Shown here in pieces: positions 8,305 to 18,987 of a stretch of 64,000 nucleotides of DNA; the first letter of the stretch is position 1, and each line of letters starts with the position of its first letter. Both the position numbers and the translations under genes were made by a program. The notes under the pieces were generated by a model that worked only from the letters and a program-made list of their open reading frames with translations, made no database searches and had not been told where the DNA came from. Origin of the DNA: a virus; the IMG/VR virus record IMGVR_UViG_3300042398_000969, positions 105,423 through 169,422 of that record. One strand, 5' to 3'.

Positions 8305-10443
8305 TTAGAAGTCTAATCTAACAGAAAATACCTGATTTCCAATTCTTTGGATTGGTTTAGGACATTTAGCCATTACTATGGGTTCCTTATTGTCATTTAA
8401 TAAAGCCACTTCGGTAATTCTTTTTTGTTGTCCTGTAACATAAGTAGGGTTCTGTGTTGTAATAAATTGTGAAGATGGTAAGTTTACCATGAAATTTAAC
8501 ACCTGAACATCCGTTGCTCTTGTTAGTTTAATGCTACCTGGGAATGGTTGTTGATCACCAAATTGTGGCGATGTTGTTTGTGTTTTATCTGGTAAAGAAC
8601 CTAAATATGTTTCAAGATTATATGTTGACGCACCATTTACCATATCGCCGGTAACAACAAATTGGTAACCACACATATTTGTGTTAGAAATAAGATTTCC
8701 AACAGTATGGCCAGATATTTGTGATGTTAAATCAATTCGCTTCCAGTTGTTTGGTGAAGGTTGTGATCCAGTTGTTGTTACTTGAACTAACGCAAAAAAC
8801 TTATTAGCAGTAAATCCAGTAAATTGAGAAGATGAACTTAAAAATTTAAATTCACCAGTATTAAACTTGAAGCCAATATTTGAATTGGTTGATCCTGTTA
8901 TCTCACCATAATAGTTACAGTGCATGCCGGTGATACCAGTTGTTGATGTATTTTGGAACATATATGTTACCCAAGCTGTTTGTCCTGTTGTGATTACCGG
9001 ATCTAAATCATAGAAAGTTGGTAAGTCCAAAGGTACAGTACTAAATCTTGGTGCAGGTAATGTCCATTTTCTATTTGTTTTATATTCTAATGCCGCAACT
9101 AATTCTTGATCATCAAAAACAATAATTTTTTTGTCAACAAAAACTTTACCGACATTAACGCCTTGTTGATCAACTAGGTATCTAAACTTAAGGTTGTTTG
9201 AGTTTGGTTTAACGTTTAAAGCGGATGATACATAATAATCAGTTGTCCCCATAGTAAATACTGCTCCAATTGTAGAGCCTGTGTTTCTATGATATAATAA
9301 AAATGGGATATAAACTTCGAAGTATTCCGAGTCAGAAATTGGTTCTCCATATAATGTTTCGTTATCAATTGTACCATGAGCAATATAGTCATCATACTTA
9401 TAAAATCTTTCTGGATCATTTACAATATCACCTAATTCAGAATAATGAATAACAGCAATTGCTCTTTGGTTAGCTGGTTTAACATCAACTTTTTCACCAA
9501 ATGTGTTTGTATATGATGTTGGGTTAGTTATTGTACCACCAGTTGTATTTGTAAATGTTTGGCCAGTATTTGATGTATAACCAAGATATTCTTTTAATGA
9601 TGCAAATTGAGATCCAGTATAACCTGAAATATATTCATCATCATCTGTTGTGTCTAAACCAGCTGGTTCTTGTGTCCAAACTAGTTCTAATTGCCAAGGA
9701 TCATGTTGTGCTAAATTATCTGGTTGGAGTGGTGAACAAACATCAGCAACTTCGGTGTCTTGTGGGTAATCTAATTTACATTTATTACATACCACACGAA
9801 CAATTCCGGTATTTTGTGCAGAAAAATCTGGCATATTTCTATCTAAAGTGATTGTTTGCCCACTAATACTTACAATTTTATAAACTAAACTTTGTGAATT
9901 TCCGCTTATTGTCTTTTCTGAACCAACAAAATCTGATTTAAAAACTAAAGTAATATATTGACAATTTGAAAAATCATTTGTTGTTGCTCCCGTCATTAAT
10001 GATGTTAATAAATCTTTACCACCATTAACTCTATTAAGAAGTATTGCACCAGATACACATTCAACTGTTGATCCAGTACATGGATCAGCAACATATGGAA
10101 TAAATTCTGAAACAAATCCCGCTGGTCCCATTGGGTTTTTTAATGTGTCAACATATGATTGTTGTGCAGCATTACCAAAATTAATTGTCTCATTAGCATT
10201 AATTAAATATGGGTACTTAACATGTTGATCACCATCAACAGGAGATAATACTCTTTGATGTGGTGCTCTCGTGCCACCCGTTATTGCTCCTGTAAATCCA
10301 CTGAATTTTGTGTTATAGTCAAATTCAGAATCTCCGATCTGAAAATATTTTATAATAAAATTACCTTCAGCAATAGATTGTCTACCTCTTCTTGTTATTC
10401 TTGCGGATAAAAACTCTGAATTATTACTATTTAAAAAGCTCAT
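8305..10443 (-). CDS. Virion structural protein (baseplate/tail-associated)
   Basis: N-terminal ARITRRGR..YFQIGDSEFDY and C-terminal ITEVALLN..MAK..KPI resemble baseplate-anchoring domains; located at the end of the structural block. Confidence 0.6.
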   Translation of the reverse strand: MSFLNSNNSEFLSARITRRGRQSIAEGNFIIKYFQIGDSEFDYNTKFSGFTGAITGGTRAPHQRVLSPVDGDQHVKYPYLINANETINFGNAAQQSYVDTLKNPMGPAGFVSEFIPYVADPCTGSTVECVSGAILLNRVNGGKDLLTSLMTGATTNDFSNCQYITLVFKSDFVGSEKTISGNSQSLVYKIVSISGQTITLDRNMPDFSAQNTGIVRVVCNKCKLDYPQDTEVADVCSPLQPDNLAQHDPWQLELVWTQEPAGLDTTDDDEYISGYTGSQFASLKEYLGYTSNTGQTFTNTTGGTITNPTSYTNTFGEKVDVKPANQRAIAVIHYSELGDIVNDPERFYKYDDYIAHGTIDNETLYGEPISDSEYFEVYIPFLLYHRNTGSTIGAVFTMGTTDYYVSSALNVKPNSNNLKFRYLVDQQGVNVGKVFVDKKIIVFDDQELVAALEYKTNRKWTLPAPRFSTVPLDLPTFYDLDPVITTGQTAWVTYMFQNTSTTGITGMHCNYYGEITGSTNSNIGFKFNTGEFKFLSSSSQFTGFTANKFFALVQVTTTGSQPSPNNWKRIDLTSQISGHTVGNLISNTNMCGYQFVVTGDMVNGASTYNLETYLGSLPDKTQTTSPQFGDQQPFPGSIKLTRATDVQVLNFMVNLPSSQFITTQNPTYVTGQQKRITEVALLNDNKEPIVMAKCPKPIQRIGNQVFSVRLDF

Positions 10444-10460
10444 ATTTTATATCATTAATT

Positions 10461-11645
10461 TTATGTTAAACCACCACTACCACTACCACCGCCTCCGGCA
10501 CAATTTCTTAATGCTGTTGATATTATATATCCATCGGTATCAATTTGTATTGCGTTAAATTGTCCATCATTTAGTGTGTTTATATTGTCTGTTGCTACAG
10601 CATACCATAAATTAAAACCATTAAATGGTTCATAATTTGTATTCGCATACACCCTAGTATATGAAATTGCAGCAGGTAGTGTTGCTCCAGTACTGAACCA
10701 TCCTGCTGATGTCTGATAGCCAGGGCTAGAACAGAATGTATCTATAGATGATTGACCACCGCTCCTAAAATACCCATAAAGTGGTGGTGATGTTGGGGTT
10801 GGCGTTGGTGTAGCCGTTGGTGATGGAACCCCAAGACATTGAATACCAACCTCCCAGAAATCATTTACTTCATTAGGCGGAGCTAAGGCCGGAGCTGTTA
10901 ATACATCAATATAATATGTTTTAGTATTATCATATGTGATTGATAATGTTATTGGCCCCATTGCTGTTGGATACCAATAATCCTGTGAATTATATCCAGA
11001 TGAATTACCAAACCATCCCGTACTTTCAAGAACTGTTAAAGATGTTCTAATTGAAATATTATTTGGTCTATCATTTGCAGTACATGTGAAATTAATTATT
11101 GAACCATTTGCTACTCCGGCAAAGTTTAATTGAATGTCATCATAGTTGTTCATTGTTGAGCCAGTGAACGTTCCCGAAACTGTAGAACCACAACCAGGTA
11201 ATGCTGTTGGTGTTGGTGTTGCTGTCGGTGTTATTGGTGTAGCAGTTGGTGTCACCGGTGTTGCTGTCGGTGTTACTGGTGTAGCAGTTGGTGGTACTGG
11301 TGTAGCAGTTGGTGGTACTGGTGTGGCAGTTGGACCAGGACCTGCTGTTGCTGTCGGTGCTGGAGTTGCTGTAGGTGCTGGTGTTGCTGTTGGACCAGGG
11401 AACCCAGTAACTTGTATATTTTGAGTGGTACCACTACAAGCCCCAACAGGTTCTACTTTAAGCCACGTTTTACCATCAGTTATTCCTGTTATTGTATAAG
11501 TTGGGTTAAATAATGACACTGCCACATTACCATAATTTGTTAAAGCAATGCAATTGGTATTGTTACCTTCACATTCATAGAATTTAACAGATGTTATACC
11601 TAAACCTATTGTTGGACCTAATCTTACTGATGCTATATATGCCAT
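10461..11645 (-). CDS. Pro/Thr-linker virion adhesin-like protein
   Basis: N-terminal beta domain, PTATP repeats, two Cys-containing domains, Gly-rich C-terminus. Confidence 0.65.
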   Translation of the reverse strand: MAYIASVRLGPTIGLGITSVKFYECEGNNTNCIALTNYGNVAVSLFNPTYTITGITDGKTWLKVEPVGACSGTTQNIQVTGFPGPTATPAPTATPAPTATAGPGPTATPVPPTATPVPPTATPVTPTATPVTPTATPITPTATPTPTALPGCGSTVSGTFTGSTMNNYDDIQLNFAGVANGSIINFTCTANDRPNNISIRTSLTVLESTGWFGNSSGYNSQDYWYPTAMGPITLSITYDNTKTYYIDVLTAPALAPPNEVNDFWEVGIQCLGVPSPTATPTPTPTSPPLYGYFRSGGQSSIDTFCSSPGYQTSAGWFSTGATLPAAISYTRVYANTNYEPFNGFNLWYAVATDNINTLNDGQFNAIQIDTDGYIISTALRNCAGGGGSGSGGLT

Positions 11646-11649
11646 ATGT

Positions 11650-11657
11650 TATAAATA
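11650..11657 (-). promoter_or_regulatory. TATTTATA late-promoter-like motif (representative copy)
   Basis: Same coding-strand motif at 13864, 14544, 26513, 33880, 36248, 46260, 59145, 60686; TATTTATT variant at 36221, 57166, 63817; all just upstream of starts. Confidence 0.7.
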
Positions 11658-11669
11658 TTCTTATTTAAT

Positions 11670-12314
11670 TTAACGATTAGTGTTATTTAGAAAATAGTTC
11701 TTATCGTTTGACAAAAACTCATTAACGCTAAATGTTGTTATTGTTTCCGAGTTTGGGTTATTTTGAACTTTATTTATCATTTTTTCGGTATGTCTACCGT
11801 TTATACCATAATTTCCTTGAACCAAGTAATCACCCAATAAAATAAAATTTGGATCATTTCTTAAATCCTTCTCTTCAAAATCATCATTAATTTGTTTTTT
11901 ACTATAACCAATTTTTTTATGAATTATATTATCAGGTTTAAACTCGTTTTCAACCATTTCGTCATATATTAAATTTGATGGCCTTTGTTCATACCACGTA
12001 ACATCGACTAAAAGATTATATTCATTTAACCCCATATTCATTATAAAATTTAAATCATTTTCAATTTTTAAATCTGTATGGTTTCCACCAACAATACACA
12101 TATCCAAATCCCACGTGTTGTTAAAGTCAAATAAAACTCCACCCATTAAGTACATATCATATTCTTTTATAATCATTGATTTAACATATAAATTAAATAA
12201 AAAATCATAAACTTTTTGATATGACGGTCTTGTCCAATGACTTGTTGTTGTTACAACCCCTCTTTGAAAAAAAATACTATCTTTTAAATTTGCTACTTTA
12301 TTAAATGTGCTCAT
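11670..12314 (-). CDS. Pol-beta-superfamily nucleotidyltransferase-like protein
   Basis: hG[GS]-x8-DxD pattern YLMGGVLFDFNNTWDLDM, plus a third Asp in LVDV. Confidence 0.6.
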   Translation of the reverse strand: MSTFNKVANLKDSIFFQRGVVTTTSHWTRPSYQKVYDFLFNLYVKSMIIKEYDMYLMGGVLFDFNNTWDLDMCIVGGNHTDLKIENDLNFIMNMGLNEYNLLVDVTWYEQRPSNLIYDEMVENEFKPDNIIHKKIGYSKKQINDDFEEKDLRNDPNFILLGDYLVQGNYGINGRHTEKMINKVQNNPNSETITTFSVNEFLSNDKNYFLNNTNR

Positions 12315-12325
12315 AATTTATATTT

Positions 12326-13858
12326 TTAACCACTATATCCTCCGGAACCTCCTCCAGAACCTCCTCCAGAACCTCCACTGTCTGGAACTGGTGTTGCAGT
12401 TGGACTCGGTGTTGATCCATCGCAAGGTGAACATCCTGTATCTAATATAGTAAATACCGGTGTACTATAAACAACCGATTTATAGTTATCTTTTGCAATT
12501 ACCTTCCAACAGAATGTGTTTAAGAACGAATCGTTAACTCTAAACGTACCATTAATTCCAATTGTTGGTAATGTATCGGACCATACTGTTACACTATAGG
12601 ATGCATTATCACATCTCACACCATCCATTTTATATTTTTTTGGCGTTGCATTACAACTTGAACAATCACCATATCCTTGGAACATTGGTTGACCTAAAAC
12701 AAACGGTCCAGAATCTGTAATTTGATATCCATCAAAACCTTCACTTGGGTCTGTAATTACAAATTGTGGTCCTAGATTTTTATTAATGGTCATACATCTT
12801 GGATTCCCAGCAACAACGCCGTTTTCATATAATTGTATTCCATATGTTCTACCGGTGGTCATACCTAATAGCGAATATGCTATAATATTTTCACCCGTAT
12901 CACAAGTTACACCGCTATATCCAGTTATTGTGAAACCAGTAAATGGCGGGTCACAAGCAGCACAAGGATTTGCACCAGCTACTGGTGAAACACCATCTAA
13001 ATTATATGTATAACCCGTAACATATTGTGTTTGGACTGCAATGATAGATAAACATGAATTACCAACTTGATATACCGTTCCTTCTGTTAACTGTGTTGAA
13101 CTTCTTGCTATTGCCACGCCACCATAATTTTGACCAAAACCACAAGGATCTAGTGGATTTGAAAGTACGTATGATGTCGATGCTGGATTTTGCATTGATA
13201 ATGTTCCAATATTTGCTAAAGTATCACAACCAGGTATTTGTATTGGTGCACTAAATCCAGTTGCAGTTATTGCTGTATATGAATATCTCATATCATTACA
13301 GTCGCCCATTGCGTAATAATAATATGATGGATCAATAACAACATTTGTTGTTGGTGTTGGTGTTGGTGTTGATGTTGGTATCACTGTCGTTGCTGTTGGT
13401 GTAGGAGTTGCTGTTGGGTTAGGTGTTGGCGTTGGGCCAATAACAACAGTCGCTGAACCACCAGAGAAATCGCAATTAGGTGTAGGGCTAGGTGTTGGAC
13501 TAGGTGTTGGTGTTGGTGCAATATATACTGCGCTACCAACATTAGGAAAATAACAATAATTTATACAGTTATCATAAACTTCAGCCTCATTCGTATATAT
13601 ATTTTCTATAACGTAATTAACATCACCGGTATCTCCAGTATATGTTAATTTAAACCAATATTGTGTATCAAAAGATGCGTCTGTAAAAATAATAGGATTT
13701 GTGTTATAGTCTCTACTTGAACTATTAGGATACAAAGAACCATAAGACGTGTATCCTGTTGCTATAACAGAGTCATCACCAGCAGTTTTACCTGTTTTAT
13801 ATGATAAGGTAAAAGCTTTAGGTGAATTAATTCCATATAATCTTATGTTTAATCCCAT
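12326..13858 (-). CDS. Cys-rich Pro/Thr-linker virion protein
   Basis: N-terminal domain, PT linkers, NCDFSGGSATVV module, three Cys-rich repeats, (GGS)n tail. Confidence 0.65.
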   Translation of the reverse strand: MGLNIRLYGINSPKAFTLSYKTGKTAGDDSVIATGYTSYGSLYPNSSSRDYNTNPIIFTDASFDTQYWFKLTYTGDTGDVNYVIENIYTNEAEVYDNCINYCYFPNVGSAVYIAPTPTPSPTPSPTPNCDFSGGSATVVIGPTPTPNPTATPTPTATTVIPTSTPTPTPTTNVVIDPSYYYYAMGDCNDMRYSYTAITATGFSAPIQIPGCDTLANIGTLSMQNPASTSYVLSNPLDPCGFGQNYGGVAIARSSTQLTEGTVYQVGNSCLSIIAVQTQYVTGYTYNLDGVSPVAGANPCAACDPPFTGFTITGYSGVTCDTGENIIAYSLLGMTTGRTYGIQLYENGVVAGNPRCMTINKNLGPQFVITDPSEGFDGYQITDSGPFVLGQPMFQGYGDCSSCNATPKKYKMDGVRCDNASYSVTVWSDTLPTIGINGTFRVNDSFLNTFCWKVIAKDNYKSVVYSTPVFTILDTGCSPCDGSTPSPTATPVPDSGGSGGGSGGGSGGYSG

Positions 13859-13891
13859 ATTACTATAAATACAATAATTAAAAATTTAAAT

Positions 13892-13919
13892 AAAAAACCC
13901 CTTTAAATAAAGGGGTTTT
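13892..13919 (-). terminator. Intrinsic terminator (possibly bidirectional)
   Basis: AAAACCCCTTT-N-AAAGGGGTTTT inverted repeat with flanking A/T runs. Confidence 0.8.
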
Positions 13920-13951
13920 AATAATATTAAATTTAACCTTTTTTTAATTTA

Positions 13952-14527
13952 TTAGACTATCACACCGCCACCACAAGTGTTATCTACATTACATTGGTTC
14001 ATTACTGACTGAGCAACACCATTTAAACCTATTTGGAACATATATCCAGAAGTGTGATAATACCAACCAGCACTTGCATAATTTGAAGGTGATGCTATAT
14101 TTTGTGTATACATAGTACCCTGTAATGATGTTAGATTATTTAAATTAGCTTCAGTTATATAGAATGTAGTATATGATTGTAAGTTATTGTAACCTGAACA
14201 CGCATTAGTACAGTCTTGGTATGGACCTTGTGCTTGCATTCCCGTTAATGCTACACCAGACTCTGTTGCTGTTGGCGTAGGTGTTGGTGTCGGAGGAGCC
14301 ACAGACCAAGACTGAGTTGTTGAGCATGTTCCAGTACTAGCTATTGTACCACCCGTTAATGTTTCAAGCGTTGTGTTTATTGTATAACCTGTTGTTAATT
14401 GTGATTTGGTAACACCAGTGGCCAACCAGTGTGCTGCTCCAGCGCTAGTTGTACCTGAAATATTAAAAGGACCAGCAACAAATGTTGCGCCTGTATAACT
14501 TGGACTTAGTGTGAATGTAATTTGCAT
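13952..14527 (-). CDS. Small two-domain Pro/Thr-linker virion protein
   Basis: N-domain AGPFN..LATGVTKSQL paralogous to 14573-18700; C-domain GWYY..FQI..G paralogous to 10461-11645. Confidence 0.65.
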   Translation of the reverse strand: MQITFTLSPSYTGATFVAGPFNISGTTSAGAAHWLATGVTKSQLTTGYTINTTLETLTGGTIASTGTCSTTQSWSVAPPTPTPTPTATESGVALTGMQAQGPYQDCTNACSGYNNLQSYTTFYITEANLNNLTSLQGTMYTQNIASPSNYASAGWYYHTSGYMFQIGLNGVAQSVMNQCNVDNTCGGGVIV

Positions 14528-14572
14528 TGTTCTTCTTTTTTAATATAAATATCTGTTTATTTTGTTTTTTTT

Positions 14573-17500
14573 TTATACTTGTGCACCACCGCCGCCACCA
14601 AGACAATCATTACATGATGTCCATACACTTGAATATGATCCATCCGTTAAATGTGTCGCCTCTTGATCACATGTAGTACCAACATAATAATCTACTTGTA
14701 AGCACACATTATTTACTTTAACAGCTTTAGTTCCACCTAAGAATGCACTAACCAATAAATCTGGTGATGTCATATATCCAACTAGATTATTTGAACAATT
14801 AATTACTTGATATTTGTAATATGATGCTGGTTCAGGTATCGCTGTTATACCACTGTTTACCACACAACCATTTGCGTCTGTAACCTCTAAACAATACCCA
14901 TATGTTGTTAAATTATCTACATTGAATGTTGTACCAAAAGTTGATGTGCTATATGTTCCAACTAAAGTTCCACCACATGTTGTATATGGTGAACTTGTGT
15001 CAGCATATAATCTATATGTTTTAGGGAATACACCACCACTTGATGTTAATTCTAAAACACCTGAGCTTGGTGAAGCACATGTTGGGTATGTAATAATTGT
15101 TAACGACGCAGATTGTGCCGTTGGTTGGCTAATTCCTTGACCATATGATGCCACACAATTATTACCATCTTTAACAGATATTGTATACGTATCTGATATT
15201 AAATTATTAAATATCTTTGGAGGATAATAATAATTGTAACCATCAATTGAAACTTGTCTAGGTGATGTTCCGCCAACTAATGTTGTCACTTCAATAAAAC
15301 CATTTGAACCACCATAACAAGAAACATTACCAACATCCACTATTCCAAGCGCTGGTGTAGATACTGTTAAGTTATATGATACAATTGCAAAACAACTATT
15401 ATTATCTAAAACTTGTATTGAATGATTACCACTTGGTAAGTTATTAAAAGTATGTGAAAATTTAAATGCTGTTAACGCTGAATATGAACCACCATTACTA
15501 CTAATACAAAATTTATATCCTGAAGCATTTGGTGTTCCACCGCTACCCTGAATTGTTAATGATCCATTTGTTGAATTGTAACAAGTTGGAAAAGATGCAC
15601 TAGTAATAGTGCCAGCCACCGCTGACGGTATAGTTACGGTTGCTGAATATGATTGTTCACAACCGGCACCATCTTTAATAAAAATACTATATGTACCGCC
15701 ACCTAATGATGAATAAGTTACTGGTAAGTTTGCATATGTTCCACCAGAGCCAAGTTTTGCTTGATAACCAGACCCAGATCCTCCAGATCCACTAGAAACA
15801 CCAATGGTGCCTGTTCCCGCATTACAATCTGGATTTGTAACAGATATTGTTGCATTCGGAGCTGATTTGGATAATAACACATAATCTATGGCCACACAAC
15901 CATTACTGTCTTTAGCATATAAAGTATATAATCCTGTACCTAAACTACTAAAAGTTCCGCTGGCTTGATAATTTGAACCATCTCTTGAATATGTAAAACC
16001 ACCCACACCGCCTGAACCTGAAGCTGTTATTGAACCATTTGTACCATTCCAACATGTTGGATTTGTACCAGATACTGATATAGATACCGCACTTGGTTGT
16101 GTTACTGTTTGATTATATGTTTGAACACAACCCGCGCCGTCTTTAATATATATTGTGTATGTTCCCGCAGATAATGGGTTGGAGTATGTAACTGGTAAAT
16201 TTGCATAAGTTCCACCTACTCCGTTTTTAGCTTGGTATCCTGAACCACTTCCTCCAGTTCCATCACTAACCGTGATTGCACCTGTTCCACCACCATTACA
16301 AGCTACATTTGTAATTGAAAAAGTTGCATTAGGTGCTGATTTAGATAAAGTTGTTGCCGCTGAAGTTACACAGTCATTTGCATCCTTAATATAAATTGTT
16401 TTAGTCCCAACGGTTTGCCCAGTAAATGTTGCACTAGATTGATATGTTAAACCATCTGAAGAATATGTGTATGGTGATGTACCACCTGTAGGAGATGCTG
16501 TAACGCTACCATCACTACCATTATAACATGTTGGATTTGTTGATGAAGATATTGAACCAAAAAGTTGTGTTGGCTCTGTTATTGTTACAGAATATGTTCT
16601 AGAACAAGCAGATTGATCAATAACAGTTACTGTGTATGTTCCAGCAGTTGGTACACCAAACGTTGCTGGTAAATTCTGATATTGAAATGCACCATAATTT
16701 ACTTTTGCTTGATATGTTCCACCGTTACCACCACTACCATTTGAAATTGTTATTGAACCGCCTCCATTTTGATAACATGGTAAATTTGTTTGTGAAATAG
16801 TTGCACTTACTTGTGTTTTATTTAAACCGGTTGTATTTGTTCTAATACATCCACTAGCATCTTTAACATATGTGGTATATGTACCATTTGTTAAACCTGT
16901 AAATGTTAAACCAGATTGATAATTTGAACCATCTATTGAATATGTATATGGCGAAACACCACCACTTACACTAGATAATGTTATTGAACCGTTTGAATTA
17001 CCATTACAAGTTGGTTCTGTACCTGTAGCAGTGAAACTAATAATTGCAGGTTCTGTTATCGTTAATGATGTTAATTGACCAACTTCATTATTTGAATCTT
17101 TAACATATAATGAATATGTTTGTGCTGTTAAACCTGTAAATACGTTACTTGATTGATAGGTAGTACCATTTATTGAATATGTATAACTACCTGAACCACC
17201 ACTTGGACTAGTTATTGTTATTGTACCATTAGATCCTCCATTACATGTAACATTTGTTGAAGATCTAGATGCTGTTATAACAACATTGGTTATATTGATA
17301 GTTATAACCACATCAAAATATAAACCTAAAGCATCAGTTGATCTAACTTTAATTAGATATGTACTTTTTGTTTCATAATCAAATACTACTTTAGATTTTA
17401 AAACATTTCCAGCAATAGTAAAACTAGTATAATCTGGATATGATGAAGTATCTACAAATGAATATGTAAAAGTATCACCCGCATCAGGATCTGCTGTTGA

Positions 17501-18700
17501 AAAAGTACCAATTGTTGTACCAGTTGCAACATTTTCAGATATTGAAGATGATGATAAATCAATTCCTGTTGGAGCCTCATTAACACTAGTTACGGTAACT
17601 GAAACAAGACCATCATATGTTAATCCACCAGCATCTGTTGTTCTTATATTTAATAGATACGAACTTTTTGTTTCAACATCGAAAACTTCTTTTGATGTTA
17701 ATTGACCGCCAGAACTTAAATTAAAACTATTATTGTCTGGATATGAACCAGTATTAACAAATGAATATGTAAATGTATCACCGGCATCTGGATCTAACGT
17801 TGATAGTGTACCAGCGTTTGTACCAATTCCACTATTCTCAGGTATTGTGCCAGATATGCTAATACCAAATGGTGCTTCATTTACGTTATCAATATAAATT
17901 GTAAATTGTTTATCAAAGAATTGACCAACACTATCGGTAGTACGAATTGCCACTGTATATGAAGTTCCTGTTTCATAGTTAAATAATATTGAGTTAACTA
18001 AAGTATTACCACTAGTAGTGAAAGGTGCAGAATTTACTATAGAATATGTATGGGCATCATTACTATCACTTGACGCTGTTGCTAAATAACCAATCACCGT
18101 ACCAATAGCTGAATTTTCGTTTATTCTATCATAACTTAATGAAAGATCTGTTGGTGCATAATTAACTGTTGTATCAATTAAAAATAAACAATTAGGTGTT
18201 GAAGTTGGACTCGGTGTTGGCGTCGCTGTTGATGTCGGTGATGGTGTTGGTGTAGGTGTGGCGGTTGAACTCGGTGTTGGAGTTGGTGTTGCTGTTATAA
18301 TATTTGTATCTATTCCAAAATCACAATTAGGTGTTGGAGTAGGACTAGGTGTAGGACTAGGACTTGGAGTTGGACTTGGAGTTGGACTTGGTGATGGACT
18401 TGGAGTTGGTGTTGGACTCGTTGTTGGAGTTGGTGTAGGTAATATAGTTTCATCAATATTTGATTGACATTCTGCAATAACCCTAGCATTTGTATTGTAT
18501 ACAATTATTTTAGTTGCACTATCTGGTACACTAACGTGTAAACCTAAATTTGATATTAATTCAGTGCGTGTAACACCACTAGCAAGAAATGATGTATCAA
18601 AATTGGTTGCAAGATTTGCAGCGTTAACTTGGTCATAATAAACATTATAAGGACCCGCGTCAGTACCAGAAACAATCTTTACATAAAACTTCTTTGCCAT
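14573..18700 (-). CDS. Large adhesin-like protein: N-domain, PT linkers, 3 cadherin-like repeats, ~10 SprB-like repeats
   Basis: Cadherin signatures ENxxxGT, DPDAGD, DYET, VNEAP; repeats TNxTCxGxSNGxITx..GGxxPYTYS..YxxYVKDxxxC. Confidence 0.8.
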   Translation of the reverse strand: MAKKFYVKIVSGTDAGPYNVYYDQVNAANLATNFDTSFLASGVTRTELISNLGLHVSVPDSATKIIVYNTNARVIAECQSNIDETILPTPTPTTSPTPTPSPSPSPTPSPTPSPSPTPSPTPTPNCDFGIDTNIITATPTPTPSSTATPTPTPSPTSTATPTPSPTSTPNCLFLIDTTVNYAPTDLSLSYDRINENSAIGTVIGYLATASSDSNDAHTYSIVNSAPFTTSGNTLVNSILFNYETGTSYTVAIRTTDSVGQFFDKQFTIYIDNVNEAPFGISISGTIPENSGIGTNAGTLSTLDPDAGDTFTYSFVNTGSYPDNNSFNLSSGGQLTSKEVFDVETKSSYLLNIRTTDAGGLTYDGLVSVTVTSVNEAPTGIDLSSSSISENVATGTTIGTFSTADPDAGDTFTYSFVDTSSYPDYTSFTIAGNVLKSKVVFDYETKSTYLIKVRSTDALGLYFDVVITINITNVVITASRSSTNVTCNGGSNGTITITSPSGGSGSYTYSINGTTYQSSNVFTGLTAQTYSLYVKDSNNEVGQLTSLTITEPAIISFTATGTEPTCNGNSNGSITLSSVSGGVSPYTYSIDGSNYQSGLTFTGLTNGTYTTYVKDASGCIRTNTTGLNKTQVSATISQTNLPCYQNGGGSITISNGSGGNGGTYQAKVNYGAFQYQNLPATFGVPTAGTYTVTVIDQSACSRTYSVTITEPTQLFGSISSSTNPTCYNGSDGSVTASPTGGTSPYTYSSDGLTYQSSATFTGQTVGTKTIYIKDANDCVTSAATTLSKSAPNATFSITNVACNGGGTGAITVSDGTGGSGSGYQAKNGVGGTYANLPVTYSNPLSAGTYTIYIKDGAGCVQTYNQTVTQPSAVSISVSGTNPTCWNGTNGSITASGSGGVGGFTYSRDGSNYQASGTFSSLGTGLYTLYAKDSNGCVAIDYVLLSKSAPNATISVTNPDCNAGTGTIGVSSGSGGSGSGYQAKLGSGGTYANLPVTYSSLGGGTYSIFIKDGAGCEQSYSATVTIPSAVAGTITSASFPTCYNSTNGSLTIQGSGGTPNASGYKFCISSNGGSYSALTAFKFSHTFNNLPSGNHSIQVLDNNSCFAIVSYNLTVSTPALGIVDVGNVSCYGGSNGFIEVTTLVGGTSPRQVSIDGYNYYYPPKIFNNLISDTYTISVKDGNNCVASYGQGISQPTAQSASLTIITYPTCASPSSGVLELTSSGGVFPKTYRLYADTSSPYTTCGGTLVGTYSTSTFGTTFNVDNLTTYGYCLEVTDANGCVVNSGITAIPEPASYYKYQVINCSNNLVGYMTSPDLLVSAFLGGTKAVKVNNVCLQVDYYVGTTCDQEATHLTDGSYSSVWTSCNDCLGGGGGAQV

Positions 18701-18707
18701 CTATAAT

Positions 18708-18986
18708 TTATTTTCCGCAACCACAATCTGATTCATTATTTGTTGTGATTAACGATTTTGTTACACTATTAAAATAGTTTTTATTATTTTCAATGAAATC
18801 ATTCGCTTTCTCCATTAATAACTCATTTACTTGATCATTGATATAGCTAATGTACATCTCATCATTTAAAGTAAATAGTTCTCTAACCATAACTTTAACA
18901 CCATTAATTGTAAATAAATCATTTATATCAATGGTATAACCGTCATTTGTGTATGTTAAAATTTTATTTGTTATTATTACTTCCAT
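18708..18986 (-). CDS. Hypothetical protein with C-terminal CGC motif
   Basis: 92 aa, ends SDCGCGK, tightly coupled to flanking genes. Confidence 0.7.
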   Translation of the reverse strand: MEVIITNKILTYTNDGYTIDINDLFTINGVKVMVRELFTLNDEMYISYINDQVNELLMEKANDFIENNKNYFNSVTKSLITTNNESDCGCGK

Positions 18987-18987
18987 A

